A stretch of DNA of 63,896 nt, filler included, from Folioceros fuciformis (GCA_049999805.1; 10 parts of 10 records of this genome joined end to end with filler, not necessarily neighbours in it); one strand, 5' to 3'. Shown: positions 34,763 to 47,535, counted from the whole stretch's first letter. Numbers and translations are program-made. The notes: generated from the letters alone by a model not told the origin.

Positions 34763-35329
34763 CGAGAGAAGGCCGACGTCACCAATAACATAATCTAACC
34801 TGTTAGAAGAGGAACCATCGCTATTGAAAAAAGAATTACCTGTGCTGTCCGCCCAACGGGTGAGTCCGTTGAAAATGACCATGTTGTGGGATTCAGCTAG
34901 ACGTAAAAGGGCAACACCATAGGAATTTAGTGGATGGATGTCAAAGGAAGACCGATCGAGCCCAAGGTCGACAGGATCCAATTGAGAAATTTTGTCGAAA
35001 TCCATGCGGAAAGTGTCTAAAGAAGTATGCAATAAGGTGTTCCCATTCTGAAGGCTTAAAACATCAGCTTGTGTTTGCCGTAATTCATTGAGGAGGGAAT
35101 CATTGGCTGTCTGAAGGGCCTCAAACCTATTAGATAGATTTGAGTGCTTGGCAGAGAGATCTTCAAGTCTAGCCTCCAAGATAGTAACGGACTCCATGAA
35201 AGAAAGTATTTGTCCTCCAAAATGAGAGTCTCCTGCCTCAAGACTATGAACCCTGGAGAACATATCTGCCATGTCACATTGCACCTTAGATTCAAGAGAG
35301 GACTCTTTAGGGCTATCCACTAGAGCCAT
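34763..35329 (-). mobile_element. LINE remnant: ORF1-like coiled coil fused in frame to the C-terminal half of an AP-endonuclease
   Basis: Heptad region LEARLEDLSAKHSNLSNRFEALQTANDSLLNELRQ, then RSSFDIHPLNSYGVALLRL..MVIFNG..SSNRLDYVIG (APE C-terminal motifs). Confidence 0.75.
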
Positions 35330-36790
35330 TCCCGCTTGCCAAAATACCGTAGTAGAACACTGAAAGAGAGATTAGCGCGCTATAAGCAGGTTGCCCAATT
35401 ACCAAACCCTTGGGTCGGGCAGGACCTCACAGCACAACCAAAAAAACCCCCCTGCAAGTGCAGGGGCTCCCAAGGCCGAAAAAATCCCCCTGCACGTAGG
35501 ATCTAAAAGAAGCCCCAACCACACCACCGCATCCTACGTCAAATCATGTGCAGCACGAGTATCGCCTGAAAACCAGAAGGCCCCGACCGAACCTGCACAC
35601 GCCCCGCTCCCGCGTAGCGGCCGCTCTGTCTCGCGCTCCGCACACTGCGCTCAGACCTAACCGTCTAGACTACAACGGACACATGCCTGAATGTTCAACC
35701 TATGTACTCATGTCTCTCTTGGTAAAGCAAAAAAAACAGATGGAAAATCCATCATCTTCAAAGAGATTAGAGAAATCACCAAAGGTAATGTGTTCCGTAT
35801 CTAGCCCTTAAGCCGCTTAGTTTAAAAATATATCCATATATGTTTGGAGAAATTAGAAAATCTAACTACCCCTATAAAGGTGAGATCTATCTTCCCCTAT
35901 AAATGGGAGACAAACCATAAAATGACCCATAACAAATGCAATTGTGTCACCGAGGACTACCCCTTGAACCTAAAACCTACATATAGCACTTAAGATAACA
36001 TGGTCCAAAAGGATCTACTTACTACTTGAGTCGTTAATACCACCTCTCCTACCATTGTCCTCACATGGCACTAGTCAATGTTCACTATAGTGCAATGGAA
36101 ACTTTCAACTGAAACACTATAATGCACAAAAGAGGAAGACCAAGCTCATTTCTTCTATTATAAACCACTTGGTGCAAGTCTTTAGAAACTTAGAAAATGG
36201 CTTTCATATGGCCTCACGGGTCTCAGTGTCAAAGAGGACTAAAGATGTGTCTAGCTTGCAGAGAGGTGTACTTATGAATCTTGGCCAAATTTGACAATTT
36301 GGACAAGTTGGCGAGAAGAGGGGAGTGCACTCGCTACTCGCCAACTCAGGAAGTTAGGAACAACATGCTCACTAATTGAGACTCGTGTTGGGTTTGTTGC
36401 AATCACGTCAGTAATAATAAAAACCTGTTGTTCCCTCTAAATGAAGAAAAACTCACTCCAAGACAAACACCAATAAGTACAGCGTATGGGTGCTAGCAAG
36501 CCAATGTCTCTAAATAATATAGGAACGGGACTACCTACTAGTGAACATTCAAGCCATTTCTCTTACCATTGTTATTGTGTCGTATATAACATTAGTCAAT
36601 ATCTAGTGTAATGAAAACCTCTATCAATCAAAAGAATACACATAGGGGAACACCAAGTACAGTACAGAACACTATAGTACAATGGAAGAGGAAGACTAGG
36701 TGGTTAGAGGTGAAGTTGTTTAGAAGTTGTACTCAATGTTTCAACTGATACACTCTAATTGATTAACAAGTCCATAAGTAGTCTCCCGTA

Positions 36791-36834
36791 CAAGACAAAC
36801 ATGTTTTTACCCCAAGACAAACATGTTTTTACCC
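36791..36834. repeat. 22-bp tandem duplication
   Basis: CAAGACAAACATGTTTTTACCC x2. Confidence 0.9.
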
Positions 36835-37105
36835 CATTGCTCTTGAGACCATAGGGCTATGGCATATCAAGGAGTGCTCAAAGGTGTATTATAGTTATAG
36901 GAATGTGTTTCTTTCCTCAATGGTGGCCTTCTGATAGCATGTACTCATTGTTTTGCAAAGTGCATTGGCTAATGCAGTCTTTAGATTTGCAACAAGTATA
37001 GATCAGGCAACTTCTTTGACATTATTGGTAGGCGGCTTCTTTGGCACTAGTGATAGGTAAGCCTTTTGTTATTTTGCATCATGACATTTGAGGAGCAGTA
37101 AAAAA

Positions 37106-37233
37106 ATTTGAGAATGATGTTCGAAGGGGCTACTATTCCTAAGTTTTGAGAATGATGTTCCAAGGAGCTACTATTCCTAAGTTTTGAGAATGATGTTCCA
37201 AGGCGCTACTATTCCTAAGTTTTGAGAATGATA
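37106..37233. repeat. 38-bp minisatellite, about 3.4 copies
   Basis: TTTTGAGAATGATGTTC(C/G)AAGG(G/A/C)GCTACTATTCCTAAG, head to tail. Confidence 0.93.
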
Positions 37234-37613
37234 TTCTTTTGGGATGTTTTTGATAGAATCCTAGAAAGAGATACCCTTGTGAGGATTTTGTCGAAAGAGC
37301 CTTCTATTGAAGTAACGTCGAAGAGGGCGGAGACCCGGCGGGGCGAAGGAGGAAATCCCAGTCCCATGCGACCCTCATTCTGCCCTCAGCGTCACCCTGA
37401 CTCGTGTGCATAATGCAAGCTCACGAGTGAGAAGTGGTAGGTATACAGGGCCCATTAATTTCGTCGAACGGACCGCCACCAGCCTAGGTGGAGTTCGCGG
37501 GTGGGAAACGTAGAGTACAGTACTTGGAAAGGGGTGGTTCGACTGGTTCCAGCCTCGAGGCGGCGAAAGACTGGCCGGTTGGTCTCGTCGCCTCCTGATA
37601 CTTGTGTGAGGCG

Positions 37614-37990
37614 ATGCAAGTTGAGGCTTTTCACGACCCGGTAGGCTGGCGGAGTGTACACGCTCGCTCGCCCGTTCACGCGCCTCGAGAGTGCCTAGAC
37701 TGTCGCTGCTGGTTCTGCCGAAGGTCTTCGTCGGGGCGCTGCAGCCGTGAGGAGAATTTCTCCTCTCGGAAGCTGCATTTGTTGGAGATGCGGCGGCCCG
37801 GGGAACAAGTCACCAGCATTTCTGTTTCCCAAGGTGTGGCACAGTTGGAGCCCGCGTCTGCTGAGCGCTCTTGCGTGAGCACCGCGTGTTGCACATTCCC
37901 TTGCCGCCTGCAGGTTGTTTGAGACGCTGATGTCGTCTTTGGGGCCGGCCGACGCCCCGATCAGCAGAGAAATTCTGGCCTCGTATGTGG
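37614..37990 (+). CDS. Possible 5' exons of an unidentified gene, cut off by the contig end
   Basis: GC-rich open frame to AAG/gtgtgg at about 37833, acceptor ..cctgcag at 37913, then LFETLMSSLGPADAPISREILASYV to the contig end; no family recognised. Confidence 0.3.
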
Positions 37991-38090
37991 NNNNNNNNNN
38001 NNNNNNNNNNNNNNNNNNNNNNNNNNNNNNNNNNTTAATTAATTAANNNNNNNNNNNNNNNNNNNNNNNNNNNNNNNNNNNNNNNNNNNN

Positions 38091-39650
38091 GAAACAACAT
38101 TAGGATACAGGTACAAATGCTGAATGTGCAAGCCTGGAACCCCAAGCTTCAAGTGGGTGCTGGCCAGACTCAGGACTCACTCATCACAACATTGCCCTAG
38201 CACGACATGTATACTAACGTTGGATGTCGTGGGATCTCCAGAATTGCTGGAAGTCGTGGCTGACACATTCTCTCCCATTGTCAGTGTGCAAGGTGGAGAC
38301 TAGGAATCCAGTGTGGCGTTCGGCTGCTAAGACAAACTCTTGGAAGCGGGTAAGATCCTCACTTTTATGTTTGAGGAAGAAGAAGTGACAATACCGACTC
38401 CACTCGTCAAGGAAGGTGATGAAGTACTGATGGCCTCCAAAGGAAGTGGTGCTCATAGGGCCGCAGATGTCTGAATGGACGACCTCTAAGAGCTTGCGGG
38501 CATGAGTTGGAGTGGTGTTTGTAAAAGGGAGTTACTGAAGGATCGCTACAGGAGCTACATGGTGAAGGAGGAGAGGAGAAAGAGAGGTCACACTCTCACA
38601 ATGAGTCTCAATGCAAGGGAGCTCAAGGGGGTATTTATACCCTCTAGAAAAGCTCCCTAGGAATCTTCACAAGAAGCGCACAGGAAGCTGCGCAAGAAGC
38701 TTCCTACAGATTAGCTTAAGCTAATCTAAACTAATGGTACTTAATTAGACACTAATCTCAGACTAAACACATTAGTCTAAGCACATTGGGCTTTTATTAA
38801 CCCTACATTGACGAGTAGTGAGGAGAAGGATTGTATGTTCAAAAGGTATAGGTCGTTATATGGGAGGCCATGGGCTTAGGCTGTGCTACCTGGGTCGCTT
38901 GAGTGGCGAATGGTGCAGTGGTTACCTTGGAAAATGATTACCAAGCTGTGTTCAGTGGCGAGCTTCCTTACTGAGAGCAAATTCTTTGTCATCGTAGGGA
39001 CATGGAGTACGCCGTTGATGGTGAGTGTTTCGCCATTAGATAGTTGGAGTTGGACATCCCCAGTTCCTTTGACTGAGAGAGCGCTGTCATCTCCTAGCAA
39101 TACGTGCTGATCAGAAAGCACGTCGTGGTAAGTACTGAACATGTCCTTATAGTTGCAGATGTATGTTGTAGCTCCAGAGTCGAGGAACCATCTTGTCTTG
39201 TCTGTCACTCTAACCGGCTAGGATGGAGTTTGTTGGAGTAGTCTTCATGGTGGTGAGATGGGACTCAGTTCTGGGTATGTCTCTCCTTGGCTCTCCATTC
39301 TGTTTCTTCTTACATTCGTACTCGAAATGGCTTGGTATTTTACACTAGTTGCAGGCGCTCTTATGTGGTTGTCTGTTGTGAAGCGATTGTTAGGGCTAAA
39401 GTTGCCTTGTGTTGCTTGTCCATATGGCCTGCGGGTCGAGGAACTGTTTTGAAAACCTCCTCTTCGAGCTCCACGACCTCTTGATGTGAAGAGTGCGTGG
39501 TTAGGTCCGGTTGAAGGCCTTTGAGTTGTTGTTCAGCTGGCTTTCTCTTCGAGGAGTGCTCCTAGAACCTCTACAAAGGTGTATGCAGATATAGCTCCTA
39601 ATTGAGTTTGCTCCTTTTTGTTGATCATGTCTCTTAGGGTTGAGTTTCTT
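38091..39650 (-). mobile_element. Ty1/copia gag-PR-IN fragment with an intervening solo-LTR-like insert (~38536-38807)
   Basis: CNZCKIPSHFEYECKK, WFLDSGATTYIC..VLHVPTMTKNLLSV, LEVVHSDICGPM..YFITFLDEWSRY..LHTDNGRE; the insert reads TGAAGG...CCCTACA. Confidence 0.88.
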
Positions 39651-39674
39651 ACCTAAATTTAACTTGCTCAGGTT

Positions 39675-39908
39675 AAGTGGGAGTGTTAAGAAAGTAACCC
39701 TTCGCTAGTTAAACATGTTTACTTTACTGCTATCAGGGTTAGCTTGTAAATACTTGTGTGTTTGCATTTCAAATTAATCGCGATCACTCTTCCTGCTTCT
39801 GTTATGACACGTTGTCGAATGTGCAGCCTTGTAAGCTTTGATATGCACACCCGCTATTCCCGCCGTTTATGATCAAAAGCACCCATGCATCCCTTGCCTT
39901 GTGTAACA
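39675..39908 (+). mobile_element. PPT plus 225-bp LTR (39684-39908)
   Basis: AAGTGGGAG followed by TGTTA...TAACA termini. Confidence 0.7.
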
Positions 39909-40602
39909 AGTCTTAGAGGGTTATGAAATGTACTTCATTAGCTAAGGTCATAGTTGAAACTTATGTCAATTAGTGTCATGGTTGAACCATAAGCAACAAA
40001 ATCAGCAAGTCAAGAAACAACTATTGCTTTAGACGAGGCCTAAGCACTACCTCCAAACTAAGTTCCAATCCTTTCAAAGGGATTCAAAGGCCATATTGTA
40101 GGAAATTAACCTTCGTGCAATTTATTCTCTAGAAAACCACATGTCAAAGATCTGAGATGAAAAGCCATGTAGCCTACAATACCACTCTAAGTAGAAAATA
40201 TCCCTTTATCTCTCATATCAAGAAATCCCACTTCCCATCGCACGCCAAAAACTATGAAAGTAATTCAAAAATTGAATCCCAACGACGATAAACCATAGGT
40301 AATGAATCCCATTACCGAGAATGCAGTGAAACCACCCAAAGTGAGTGGAAAAAAGAAATCCTGTAAATCATAATGCACCATAAACCTCTCCAAAGTGAGT
40401 GAGAATCCACACCCCGGCACACCGGGGGCACGTGGGTTAAGTAAGAACATGCATCTGGCAAGGGGAGAAAAAAAAAAACGTCTTTTCAACACGGCGCTCA
40501 CTAATACGACAATAATTAGAAACGAATATCAACCTACGTGTTTCTAATCAAGTGCTAATGCAATAATGACAAAGAATATTCCCTTTGAATCCCCGTGATC
40601 GC

Positions 40603-43089
40603 TTAGCGATTAAGGTCGCTATATTGCCAGGGGTCGAATTTTGTGGGTATTTCGGACTCTCGGCTTGCCGCTTCCACCGCTGCACGGTACTCGCGGTACT
40701 TGTTAGTGAACTCGTATACTTCCATATCACCCCAAGGAGTGGATGCTATCTCCCCACTCATCCTAAACCACCGGGGCACAAATTCTTCGTTCTTCTCTTC
40801 TCGGAGTCTTTTTTCTGACCGTTGGAGTTCCTCAAGCCTGCCCATAACAAAAATCCGCCAGTAATCAGCATTTCTTCCACTTCGGGAGTCCGGGGGTTCA
40901 ATCACTCACTCAAAGCAGCTCAACAGCCACACACCTCGATTTCTCTGAACCTGCATCATCTGCTCCCTTCTCCAATTTCATTCTATCGGGACGAAGCCGG
41001 GAATCAGAAGGAATCTGCTGAGTAGGAGCAGTTTCAAAACTATTTATTTTGTTTTCAAAGGACGTGAAGTCCCATTTGTTGTACTCCTGAGATGCTGGTG
41101 CAACCCTCCACACCTGGTTTACAACAGACCAAACGGTGAGAAGGCAGCGTTGACATAGTGCGTTACTCAAAGAAGTTCTCTCTCCCCTCCTGCTCACCTC
41201 TTGCAGCTCTGTGTTAGGAAGGGGCTCGCCATCCAAATCACAAGGTTGACAAGACAGAGATGAATTCCATTTTCCCGTGACAAGGATCTGAGGTTCTTCA
41301 TCTCTATTGTACACATACCCATCAACCTCATAGCGACCAGCTCTGCAGGGCCCCACAATTGGTTAGCAAGACAATGAATTGGAAACCATTAAACCAAGCA
41401 CGTGCATGGGGAGACACCGTCGAACTTCATGCAGAAAAACCTTGCTAATGATCAATCACCAGAGTAGCATACCCGAACCACCCACAGGTCTGAAAGCATA
41501 GCACCACTTTGTCTCCTGTTGTGAGATTAGTCAAGACCATTTCTCCGGGTGACTCAATCCATGTTCGTCCGAATATGAGGTTGTGCACTTTAGTAGGTGG
41601 TGGCACCAGATCTAGCACCTCACCAGACCTCTTTAGGACAACCCTGGTCCTGCACAGATATGTTGAACAATTATTTTCTGTTTCTTCAGGAAACACACCT
41701 CATATTTCGATAGCAAGCTTCAAACCAGATAGATGTTTGTCCTCCCGATTCTGTCTACCTTCCAAGAGGATAAATGTCCACAGAATTGCCCAGGAATTTG
41801 GTCTTCAACTTTGAAGTCACATCATATGTGAAGTGCTTATTTTCCGCATGACCAGAACTCATCGGAGGATGATGACTGACCTGCACAAATATCCAGCGGC
41901 GCATCAGAGACCGCTAGAAGATGAGTGACTTGATGACGGCGAGCTTTAGGTTGTGGACTGTCTACCTGCTCTGAAATGAAGGTGATGCCATTATGGTTCA
42001 CCATCTCATACGTTTCTCCCAAAATCGGGTTGAATGGTTTCCAGGTTCGTCGATATGCATAGTACACCGAGACCGCCCAGCTTGCTGCAGGAGAAAAGAA
42101 GATACTCGTCAAAGTCAGTCAGGACAACCACAGACAAGGGATCAGACAACCCATCCCAGCGTAGCCTACTTACCGGCATACACGAGCCTCATGTACGGGT
42201 CATCACACTCGTCAGCTTTGTTCAGGAGATCAGAGTATTCCATTAACTGCAATTCGTTAAACACAAGTGAAACAAACCACACCACAGAACGAAATAGCTG
42301 CCTGAGCATTGACAAATCACATCTTGAGTCAGCCGAGGACCTAAAGCACCTTACCTCCGCCATCTTCTGGAGCATAGTCATTGGTTCGAAAATTCCAACA
42401 GGAAGCGTCACCATTGATGTCACATCCTTCCCGATATATTTATGCATCATCTTCCAGTAGTCCTCTCGCTCCTACATGTCCACAAAAACCATCACATTGT
42501 CACCGTGACTGACTGTCAAGGAACGTGAAGAACTGGTTGAAAAAGAGGAGGCAAAACTGTGGAGTGGGATTCAAGAGCTGGCAACTGAAAATAGCCTCTT
42601 GAATCCCACGCCGTAACAAAAACAAATCGCTCACTCGCATGCCAATAGAGATTCAGAAACCGTTTTCCTAACACCAAACGAGACCTCCGGACAGACACCG
42701 TCAACACTTTTTTCTCAGAACGTGGAGCAGGCATCTCGTTGGCATGAGCAGGTTGCGATGCATGCATGAAGCATATGAGGATGAACACCTCACCTCCTGC
42801 TCAAACCTCCCCTTGGAGGCCTCCTCTTCGGCATCATCCCCTCCGCCTTCAGGATTGACTACCTCTAGCCCTTCGTATCCCAGTAGGCTGCAACGAACGA
42901 ACGAGGGAGAGTACATAAGTAGGCGGGTGCAGAGACCAGTGGAGCTGTGCCAGATCGGGACCCCGGTGGCGAAGACGAATTATCCAACCTGTTGACGCCT
43001 TTGTGAACAGCGTTGCCAAAGCTGGTGAAGCCTGAGGAAATCGCGGCAAAGAAGCCGCCACCCTGCCTCCTCCCCCCTGACCGACTCAT
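40603..43089 (-). CDS. ORP3: Oxysterol-binding protein-related protein, ORP3 subfamily (multi-exon)
   Basis: [135 protein letters not shown]; the OSBP signature EQVSHHPP is split by an intron. Confidence 0.96.
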
Positions 43090-43274
43090 GGCGAGCGAGC
43101 AGCAACAGCCTTCCCAAGGGACACGACTAGATACCGTACTTATCGGGAGAGGCAGCCCGAGAAGAGGGCGCCCGCAGGACGGACAGGGCTGGGAACGGTG
43201 GTGGGGAGGAACAATAAAAGGCAAGGGAAAAATAGTCTTCGGATGTGAATCTACTCTAGACAAGGCCACTTCAC

Positions 43275-45120
43275 ATGTCTTCTATGGCAGGCACAGTGAA
43301 CCTAAGCTCGTGGAGCGGGATCGGCGTGGCGGGTGTGTTGAGCCCAGACTCGAAAAGGAGCAGGGTCGCAGGCCAACAGAGCGCGCGCAAGTATGGGCGG
43401 TCCAAACGATCAACACAACAACAGCGAACGTGGCAGCAGCTCCAGTGTCGAAACAGCGCCGGCGACGAACAAGCGCAGGCACAAGCTGAAACGAAAGCGG
43501 CGACAGCACCTAAATTCGATGTCACGAGCAACTGCGTGACTCCGGTGTTCCGCGTTTCGCCCTACTTCGATGATGTGAGTTTACTGTCATAGACGGCCAG
43601 CATTTGTTCTGGGATCGGAAGCCAGCGTCTAGCACAAATCGGTGTTGAGGGATGCCTGCCGCTCCGCCCGGGTTCAATTCCTCATCGGGATCCAGGCGCG
43701 ACGGCAGATTTAGATTCCTTCTTGATATGGTGGTCATTGTGTAGAAGAGCAAGGCCGTGAACCGGTGGGCTGGAATGGATACCAGTCTCAATCCTTGCGG
43801 CTGCTGACCCCGTTGTGAATGTGGGCATGATATGGTAACCAATTCCTGGCCTGCTATTTGATTTGCGTAGGAAGCAGCCGAGAGGTCTGGCAGGGTGGGC
43901 GTCCTATTCCTCAGTGAAGGCAATGTGTGCCGCTCCGTGTACGCAGATGCCATCTTTGCGGCCCTGATAGACAAGGAGGGATTGAATGACTCCGTGGAGT
44001 GTTCCTCGAAGGTGAGAGCGAGATAGCACAGAGCTCTCTCTCCTTTCCTTGCTGTTTACTTCAGAGGACTCGAGTTACTGGAGGGAGGGAAGGAAGTGAT
44101 TCGCCGGTCAGCTCCAACGTGCTGTGGTGCTGCCAGTGCAGGCAACGAAGGATTATAATGTTGGGGAAGCGCCAGATGAACGAGCTCTGGAAGTTGCGAG
44201 AGAGGCAGGGTTGACGATGAGGCAAGCAGGAGGAGCGCAGGTCTTCACTTGCCCGCAAGATCTTGTAAGGTGGGACCTCCTGGTAGTGATGGATAAGGCA
44301 AGTCATCCCCTCCCCTCCACTCTCTACCCCACCGATTACGGGTTTGGGCTGGCCTTCCTTTTCTCGCAACTGCATCACAGACCCTTCCGCGAAAGAGTTC
44401 TCATCAAGGTGCATTGCAATGCAGTTCAATGCATCGGATGTGATGAAGGAAGTCACTGTTTACGAAACTGTCAACAAGCAAGATAGATTTTCTTACAAAG
44501 TCCGGCGTCTGGGAGAGTTTTGCGGGACGAGATTGGTATCTGCTGGCTAGCCTATCCATCCACTTTGAAGCTGTTTTGCTCTCTCTGCTATTGATGCTGA
44601 TGCAGTTGACATGTTATGCACTGGAAGGCTCAGCTTTCTCATGGCCCGGCGCGTTCTGCTTTCGGTGGTGTGCACTCACAGATTGAAGACATCGACGATC
44701 CCCTATATGGAAACATGGGCGGTCCTGAGGAGGTGGTGAGTTGGGAGGACCTTACCTTTTTGCGACTTATGGCTCACATGTTAACAGGAGTTCCTAATTG
44801 GTGGTTTCCTCTTGATGCTGCGGCTGCCCCCAGGAACTCTTGCGCCACGCTTTGAAAGACATTCAAGAATCATGTGCAGGTTTGATGAACTTCATACTGC
44901 TAGTCCGGCAGACGCTGCAGGGTAAAGACTCCACTCTTGCCCCCCTTACTCATTAGGCCGCCCCTATTTCCTCTTTGTGCTAGCAGACTGTCTGCAGTGA
45001 ATTAACGACATTACTGCCGCGGCAGGATCGGAGACTCTCAGGGATGGTGTCGCACGTCAGCTGAAGCAAATGGACGCTTTGGATTGGCTAGTGCCCCCGA
45101 TGTTGAGCAGTAAATCCTGA
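43275..45120 (+). CDS. Low-molecular-weight PTP-fold protein with putative plastid transit peptide; P-loop nucleophile Cys replaced by Ser
   Basis: Exons 43275-43574, 43871-44011, 44142-44297, 44425-44535, 44682-44735, 44834-44921, 45026-45120 give VLFLSEGNVCRSVYADAIF..DYNVGEAPDERA..WDLLVVMDK/FN..KVRRLGEFC..IDDPLYG..WLVPPML*. This is the LMWPc architecture (canonical VCLGNICRS..PDxR..FDLIxAMD..DPYY). Confidence 0.88.
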
Positions 45121-46146
45121 AGCTGTTGCACGCCCCAACCGACTTCTCTGTCGTCTACCAGACTCGTTATCACCCACGGTTCCATATGGCATAGTGATTA
45201 CTATCATGCTGTCTCATTTGGGATTCTCACGACAGTCGACTCTGGAGTATGATTAATCCGAAGAACACCACCTGCACAAATTTATGTAGGCTGAGCTTGC
45301 AGAGCTCACCATACTAGGAGGCAAGGTCTGCACGCAAGAAGTGCTTGATCACTCCTAGACCTAGGAGCAATAATAATGAAGAGAGCATACAAAATGTCTC
45401 AGCCGACTTGCATCTTCCTCCTCAGAGGCTCATCTGGAAACAGAAGCATGGNNNNNNNNNNNNNNNNNNNNNNNNNNNNNNNNNNNNNNNNNNNNTTAAT
45501 TAATTAANNNNNNNNNNNNNNNNNNNNNNNNNNNNNNNNNNNNNNNNNNNNATACCACTATTAACCCTTTTTCAACCAAAAAAAACCACTACCCCAAACT
45601 TTGGAGGTTCACAACCATCTTAGACTCCTCTGCCATCCTCTCTCATGACACTGGACACTCGACATGTGTTAGCAACATGTCAAATCACATCAACAATGAG
45701 CAAACATGTGACAAGTTGCATGTCTTACTGTAGTAGAAGACAAAGTTCCCTCCTTGTCCACCCCATATGTTTAGGGTGAACAAGGCATGGAGGAGCGTTC
45801 TAAGGGCACTTGTAGAGCTTGCACCGAAGGGCTGCAGTGCTATGAGACTCCTTAGTTTCAAGTGAAGCTAGCGTTGTGCCCAAGGGACCAATCTACACTT
45901 CGTCTTCAGACACGCTGTGGTATTCAACTTGCTCAGCGTCCTCAGAAGCTGATAGGTCAATAGGCGCAGCCCTCAAGTTAGCCATGACACAACTTGGAGA
46001 GTACAAGACGCAAACAGGATTCTGAAGTTGAAGATCAGTGAGCTGGCAGACGTAAGAATGAGAGAGTGACGAACGCGGGACTTACTTACCCTGGTTTTAG
46101 AATTCAGCTATTTTTCTTGTTTCCAGCATTTAGCTGTATATACAAT

Positions 46147-46425
46147 GAGAGGGGGTGTTAGAATAATTAAATATTAGTTATAGTACATTGTTATATACCT
46201 AGGGTTAATTACTTAATCAAACCTTAGTGACAGTTATTCTATTGTAACCGTTCATGGGACGCTATATCCTTGTTCCTCTATCATTGTAATGTATCAGTCT
46301 CTTTGTATCCTTGTTCCTCTATCATTGTAATGTATCAGTCTCTTTGTGTTCATCTGAATATGTAATCCGCCAAGCTGATTTATATAAAATCGGAACAAGG
46401 ATCATGGATGATCTCATGTTATATT
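46147..46425 (+). mobile_element. PPT plus LTR remnant containing a 41-bp tandem duplication (about 46267-46348)
   Basis: GAGAGGGGG then TGTTAG at 46156; TCCTTGTTCCTCTATCATTGTAATGTATCAGTCTCTTTGT x2. Confidence 0.6.
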
Positions 46426-46704
46426 GGAGGTCACTGAGGACAATGACAACTTTCTAGTAGGGGAGAGAGTAATGGTATAAGTGAAATAAGGTGAAAGCTA
46501 AATCTAGAGCTTTCTTGATTCTTGTTGCCTTTGGAAACAAGATGTGAGTCCCAAGAAAAAGCTCCTAAGAAGGATGAAGTTGTAATGACCACTAATATTC
46601 TGAGATGAGTGGTGTGTATGATTCCCAGCTTTACCAGTGGCTTAGCTATGGAGTACAAAAAGGCTAGGGCTAAGGCCTTGAAACATAGATGTAGATAGAG
46701 ACAA

Positions 46705-47535
46705 TCCTATTGTGGAGGGCTTGAAGAGCAAGCTTCTCATATATAGTCAAGGGCAATAGCTAGTGGAACATAAATTGCCATACTCTTTTGTAAATATTTT
46801 GAACCAAGAGTAGACCAAGTTGAAAGAGTAATCTCAAATTGCTGTGCAAGTTGTTGAGTGGACAGCAGCTACTTGGAGCCTATTGGTCCACAAGTTGTCG
46901 AGTGGACAACAGCTACTTGGAGCCTATTGGTTTGCAAGTTGTGGAATGGACAATAGCTACTTGAGCCTATTGGTCTGCAAGTTGTCGAATGTACAACAGC
47001 TACTTGGAGCCTATTGTTCGGTTTTGAGAGAGTTGAGTGCCTTGTAAATGGAGCACTACAGAGTGAATATATGAGGCTGGTGTTGTAAATGGAGCACTGC
47101 AGAGTGAATATATGAGGCTGGTGTTGTAAATGGAGCACTACAGAGTGAATATATGAGGCTGGTGTTTCGTAAGGAGCCTATTCTGGAGGGCTTGAAGAAC
47201 AAGCTTCTCAAATAGAGTCAAGGGCAATAGCTAGTGGAACATAAATTACCATATTCTTTTGTAAATATCTTGAACAAAGAGCAGACCCCGCTGAGTGGAC
47301 AGGAGCTACTTGGAGCCTATTGGTCTGCAAATTGTCGAGTGGACAGCAGCTACTTGGATCCTATTGGTCTGTAAGTGTCGAGAGGACATCAGCGACTTGG
47401 AGCCTGTTGCTCAGTCTAGAGAGCGTTAGGGGCCTAGTAAACGAAGCACTGCAGAGTGAATATCCGAGGCCGGTGCTTTGTGAGTATCCAAGGCTGGTGC
47501 TTTGTAAATATCCAAGGCCGATGCTTCGTAAGGAA
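46705..47535. repeat. Nested minisatellite array: ~470-bp duplication containing ~44-bp and ~41-bp units
   Basis: The CCTATTxTGGAGGGCTTGAAGA..GGAACATAAATT block occurs at ~46706 and ~47177. GTTGTCGAGTGGACA(A/G)CAGCTACTTGGAGCCTATTGGTCTGCAA occurs x4 then x3. GTAAATGGAGCACT(A/G)CAGAGTGAATATATGAGGCTGGTGTT occurs x3. Confidence 0.9.

Noticed and set aside
37106-37233. 38-bp repeats as a CRISPR array
   Set aside because: Units are head to tail with no unique spacers, there are no cas genes, and the context is eukaryotic
46843-47165. ~44-bp and ~41-bp repeats as a CRISPR-like array or repeat protein
   Set aside because: No spacers; unit lengths are not multiples of 3, so no consistent coding frame
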